A stretch of DNA of 64,000 nt. Source: Opitutaceae bacterium. GTDB lineage: Bacteria; Verrucomicrobiota; Verrucomicrobiia; Opitutales; Coraliomargaritaceae. This document shows positions 60,834 to 64,000 of the stretch, one piece after another. The notes under the pieces are model-generated. The model had not been told where the DNA came from. It made no database searches and saw nothing but the letters and a program-made list of their open reading frames with translations. Every line of letters begins with the position of its first letter. Position 1 is the first letter of the stretch. Location: the NCBI GenBank assembly GCA_051252375.1, contig JBPOFY010000001.1, forward strand, positions 544,001-608,000, read 5' to 3'. The position numbers were made by a program, and so were the translations under genes.

Positions 60834-61856
60834 ATGAATAAAACGATTTTCACCATCCGGATTTTCTTTCTTGTTTTCAGTCTGCTCGGCTGTGTACTCT
60901 TGAGCCATGTGATTAGCGAATGGTCGCTCATGCCAGTCTTGTTTGTGGGAATGAGTGTCGCAGTACTAGTTATCCTGACCGACGTGCTATTGGAGGGCTT
61001 TTCACTGCGTGGACTTTCGGCGATCACCTTCGGCCTCGCGGTCGGTGGGCTCGTTGCATATCTGATTTCCAGTTCGCCACTCTTCGAGCCATTGGAAGAT
61101 GATCCTACTTTGGCTGAGACCCTCTTTTTGGCACGTTTGGTACTTTATATTGTTTCAATGTATTTGGCGACGGTCGTGGCCCTCCGAGGTAAGGATGAGT
61201 TTAACGTCGTCATACCCTACGTGCGATTCAATCCGCATAATGTAGAGACCGCTTTGGCGGTTGTTGACACGAGTGCCTTGATTGACGGGCGAATTGCCGC
61301 GATTTGCGACAGCCGATGGTTTGGGTTTACGCTTCTCATTCCTCGCTTCGTCTTAGATGAACTACAAGCAATCGCAGACTCATCCGACCTCTCTCGCAAA
61401 GAGAAAGGGCGCAAGGGTTTGGATGTTCTCAATCGTTTGCGCAAAATGAAGCATGTGGACCTTCGGATACATGAGAGTGATGTCCCAGACCGCACCGCGG
61501 TGGATTCCAAATTGGTTTATCTGTGTGATTCGATGAAAGCCAAGCTGTTGACGACCGATTACAACCTAGCGAAATTAGCCGAGTTCCATGGAGTACAATG
61601 GTTGAACATTACTTCGCTAATTAAAGCATTGAACCAAGAAGTCTCGGTCGGCACACGCGTTTGCGTCGAGCTGGTGCGCGCAGGGAAGGATGCCGATCAA
61701 GCAATTGGCTATCTACCGGATGGTTCGATGTTGGTTGTCAACAAAGGTCGGGAACATATCGGCAAAGAAGTGCGCGTTGAGGTGGACTCTGTTGTGCCCT
61801 CGTCTGGCGGTAAGATGGTCTTTGCTACATATTTTCCGCAAGACAATGTATCCTAG
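60834..61856 (+). CDS. PIN/TRAM domain membrane protein (YacL-like)
   Basis: 4 TM, VDTSALIDGRI, GRKGLD, TTDYNL, GYLPDGSMLVV. Confidence 0.92.
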   Translation: MNKTIFTIRIFFLVFSLLGCVLLSHVISEWSLMPVLFVGMSVAVLVILTDVLLEGFSLRGLSAITFGLAVGGLVAYLISSSPLFEPLEDDPTLAETLFLARLVLYIVSMYLATVVALRGKDEFNVVIPYVRFNPHNVETALAVVDTSALIDGRIAAICDSRWFGFTLLIPRFVLDELQAIADSSDLSRKEKGRKGLDVLNRLRKMKHVDLRIHESDVPDRTAVDSKLVYLCDSMKAKLLTTDYNLAKLAEFHGVQWLNITSLIKALNQEVSVGTRVCVELVRAGKDADQAIGYLPDGSMLVVNKGREHIGKEVRVEVDSVVPSSGGKMVFATYFPQDNVS

Positions 61857-62009
61857 TGAGTTGGGGAATTGTAAGAAGCTTGTTAAAGAATTTGCATAGT
61901 GGGAATAAGCTTGGCTTTTAGGGCAATGTCCTTACTTCTATGGGTGTAATCGGGGTATTCTCTCAGGTTATTTACATATCATACATAATACAAAAAAAGG
62001 AATATTATC

Positions 62010-62351
<342 letters not shown>

Positions 62352-62381
62352 AGTTAAACTCTGAGTTTGTTTTATCATTTC

Positions 62382-62411
62382 AAGCCGCCTACTTATGTAG
62401 GCGGCTTTTTT
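62382..62411 (+). terminator. Rho-independent terminator after pilin
   Basis: AAGCCGCCTAC-TTAT-GTAGGCGGCTT followed by a T run. Confidence 0.88.
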
Positions 62412-64000
62412 ATGTCTACTCGCAAAATTTATTTACCCGTCGCGCTGATCGTTTCAGCGCTGTTAGCCCTATATCTGGGCTTTTTTGCGTATGGCAGCGA
62501 TGATGCGGTGCAGATCATCAAGCATGGCGGCTATTGGGTGATGCTGCTGACATGGGGGTTGTTGGTGCTCAACTTAGGCATACGCCTCTACCGAAGTAAG
62601 TGCTGGGAGGGCTGCGGCTGTCGAATCCGCGAAAATTGGCGACCATTCGCTTTTGTGGGTCTTGCCTCGGTCTTACTCTATGTGATGCAGCCTATGGGCT
62701 ATAAAATCACCATGGATGAGCCGGTGCTTTCAGCGACGGCACTGCGGATGCATGAATATAAGGAGGTTATGACAACCATTCGGGCGCACGACATCCAGGG
62801 AGTTTTCACGCAACTCGATGGCTACGTCGATAAGCGCCCTTATTTTCACCCTTTCCTGCTGAGCTTGATACATGATTTTACGGGTTACCGCAGCTCCAAC
62901 ACCTTTCTGTTGAATGCATTGCTGACCCCTGTGTTCTTGGGATTACTTTTTGTGGTTGGTCGCATGGCTTGGCCACGCTTCGGCGGATATGCATCGGTGT
63001 TATTGTTCATGACTGTTCCCTTGCTCGCGATGAATGTGAACGGGGGCGGGTTTGAACTGTTGAATTTGGTCATGCTCCTAGCTACCGCGCTGGCTGGAAA
63101 AATCTATCTGGAGCGCACCTCTACGGGCACTTTGAATGCTTTCATTCTATTGGGCTTGTTGCTCGCTCAAACCCGCTACGAGTCTGTGCTATATGTCGTC
63201 GCTGTAGGTGTAGTCGTCGCGATCGGGTGGTGGCGCGCTCGGCAAATCATCCTATCGCCAGTGGCGGTGCTCGCCCCGTTGTTGCTCATTCCTTTTCCGC
63301 TGCAGCAAATCATTTTCAGCGACTATCAAGGACTCTGGCAGCTGAAAGATGGTGCAGAGCAGCCCTTCATGCTTGGTCTGATTCCTGCGAATCTGGGGCA
63401 TGCCTTTAATTACTTTTTCAATATAGGCGATGACCAGCAGCCGAACAGCTTGTTGCTGTCGGCGCTTTTCGTTGTGTCCCTCGGGATTGCTCTGCCGTTG
63501 TTTGTAAAAGGTCTACGCTCAATTAAAAAGGCATCTGTAAGCACAATGGTAGCGACCCCATTCATCGTGATTGTATCTGCCAATTTTCTATTGTTGATGG
63601 CATATCATTGGGGGCAAGTGGATGACATCATCGCGACTCGAATCGTCCTGCCGTTCATTCTGCTCCAAGTGCTAACTGTTGTCTATGTGATGGGGCGGTT
63701 GGTCCGATCTGATCGTTTCGCATCAGCTAGTTTGCTCGTTGTATCGATTTACGTGATGGCTTTCACGATCCCGCTTTGCGCACGTAGCGATTTCTTACGT
63801 TGGGTTCCAGATCAACATCAGGTGCTTTGGTTGCAAAAGCAAGTGGTTGAACGTAAAGATCAATCCGTGTTATGGGTGACGAATAAGCACTTAGTCGCGC
63901 TGATCGAAAGAACGCCTGCGATCGCAGCGCTGCATGCTAAGACCCGCAAACAGCAGTTGGATATGCATTTGCAAATGGGGTCCTATGGCGAGATTTTATT
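62412..64000 (+). CDS. GT-C fold (ArnT/PMT-like) polytopic glycosyltransferase, 3'-truncated by window edge; not in the ORF track
   Basis: Manually translated and open from ATG 62412 to the end (MSTRKIYLPV...). KITMDE motif after early TMs, DKRPYFHP, GGGFE, QTRYES, many TMs. Confidence 0.75.
   Translation, partial: MSTRKIYLPVALIVSALLALYLGFFAYGSDDAVQIIKHGGYWVMLLTWGLLVLNLGIRLYRSKCWEGCGCRIRENWRPFAFVGLASVLLYVMQPMGYKITMDEPVLSATALRMHEYKEVMTTIRAHDIQGVFTQLDGYVDKRPYFHPFLLSLIHDFTGYRSSNTFLLNALLTPVFLGLLFVVGRMAWPRFGGYASVLLFMTVPLLAMNVNGGGFELLNLVMLLATALAGKIYLERTSTGTLNAFILLGLLLAQTRYESVLYVVAVGVVVAIGWWRARQIILSPVAVLAPLLLIPFPLQQIIFSDYQGLWQLKDGAEQPFMLGLIPANLGHAFNYFFNIGDDQQPNSLLLSALFVVSLGIALPLFVKGLRSIKKASVSTMVATPFIVIVSANFLLLMAYHWGQVDDIIATRIVLPFILLQVLTVVYVMGRLVRSDRFASASLLVVSIYVMAFTIPLCARSDFLRWVPDQHQVLWLQKQVVERKDQSVLWVTNKHLVALIERTPAIAALHAKTRKQQLDMHLQMGSYGEIL

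Noticed and set aside
60834..61856. PIN toxin-antitoxin system
   Set aside because: Membrane PIN/TRAM (YacL) architecture, not VapC, and no antitoxin-like gene.
61905..61930. Sigma-54 promoter for the pilin (TTGGCTTTTAGGGCAA)
   Set aside because: GG to GC spacing is not the required 10 nt.

Overview
Chromosomal window from a bacterium that looks like a marine Verrucomicrobiota member (Opitutales, Coraliomargarita/Lentimonas-like). This is inferred from gene style, a verrucomicrobial-type C-terminal domain and a GH107 fucanase; it is not proven. The housekeeping backbone is folC, accD, comF, truA, ruvC, mreBCD-mrdA, tyrS, ruvB, murA, tyrA-aroA-cmk-plsC-purM and a pilin. Accessory content: (1) two different RAYT/TnpA-REP HUH nuclease genes, each with its own REP doublets; (2) a stand-alone 1102-aa GH107 endo-fucanase with an unassigned N-terminal domain; (3) a 7-gene CP-ATP-grasp/alpha-E/3x transglutaminase/DUF2126 peptide-ligation cluster with sigma-54 boxes and a poly-Gln tail; (4) a cfa/DUF1365/FAD-oxidoreductase/desaturase (furan fatty acid-like) cluster, which shares an ECF-type promoter motif TGTAA[G/T]-N16-CGTT with a distant MFS-lipocalin pair; (5) a CxxC/poly-Pro leader ORF upstream of a Met/His-rich outer-membrane protein; (6) a four-helix-bundle gene bracketed by inverted 7-bp periodic arrays, with many ORF-less 7-bp (and one 9-bp) arrays abutting start codons across the window; (7) a pilin followed by a GT-C glycosyltransferase missing from the ORF track. 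No rRNA, tRNA or CRISPR array was seen. All family calls come from motif recognition by eye, not database searches.
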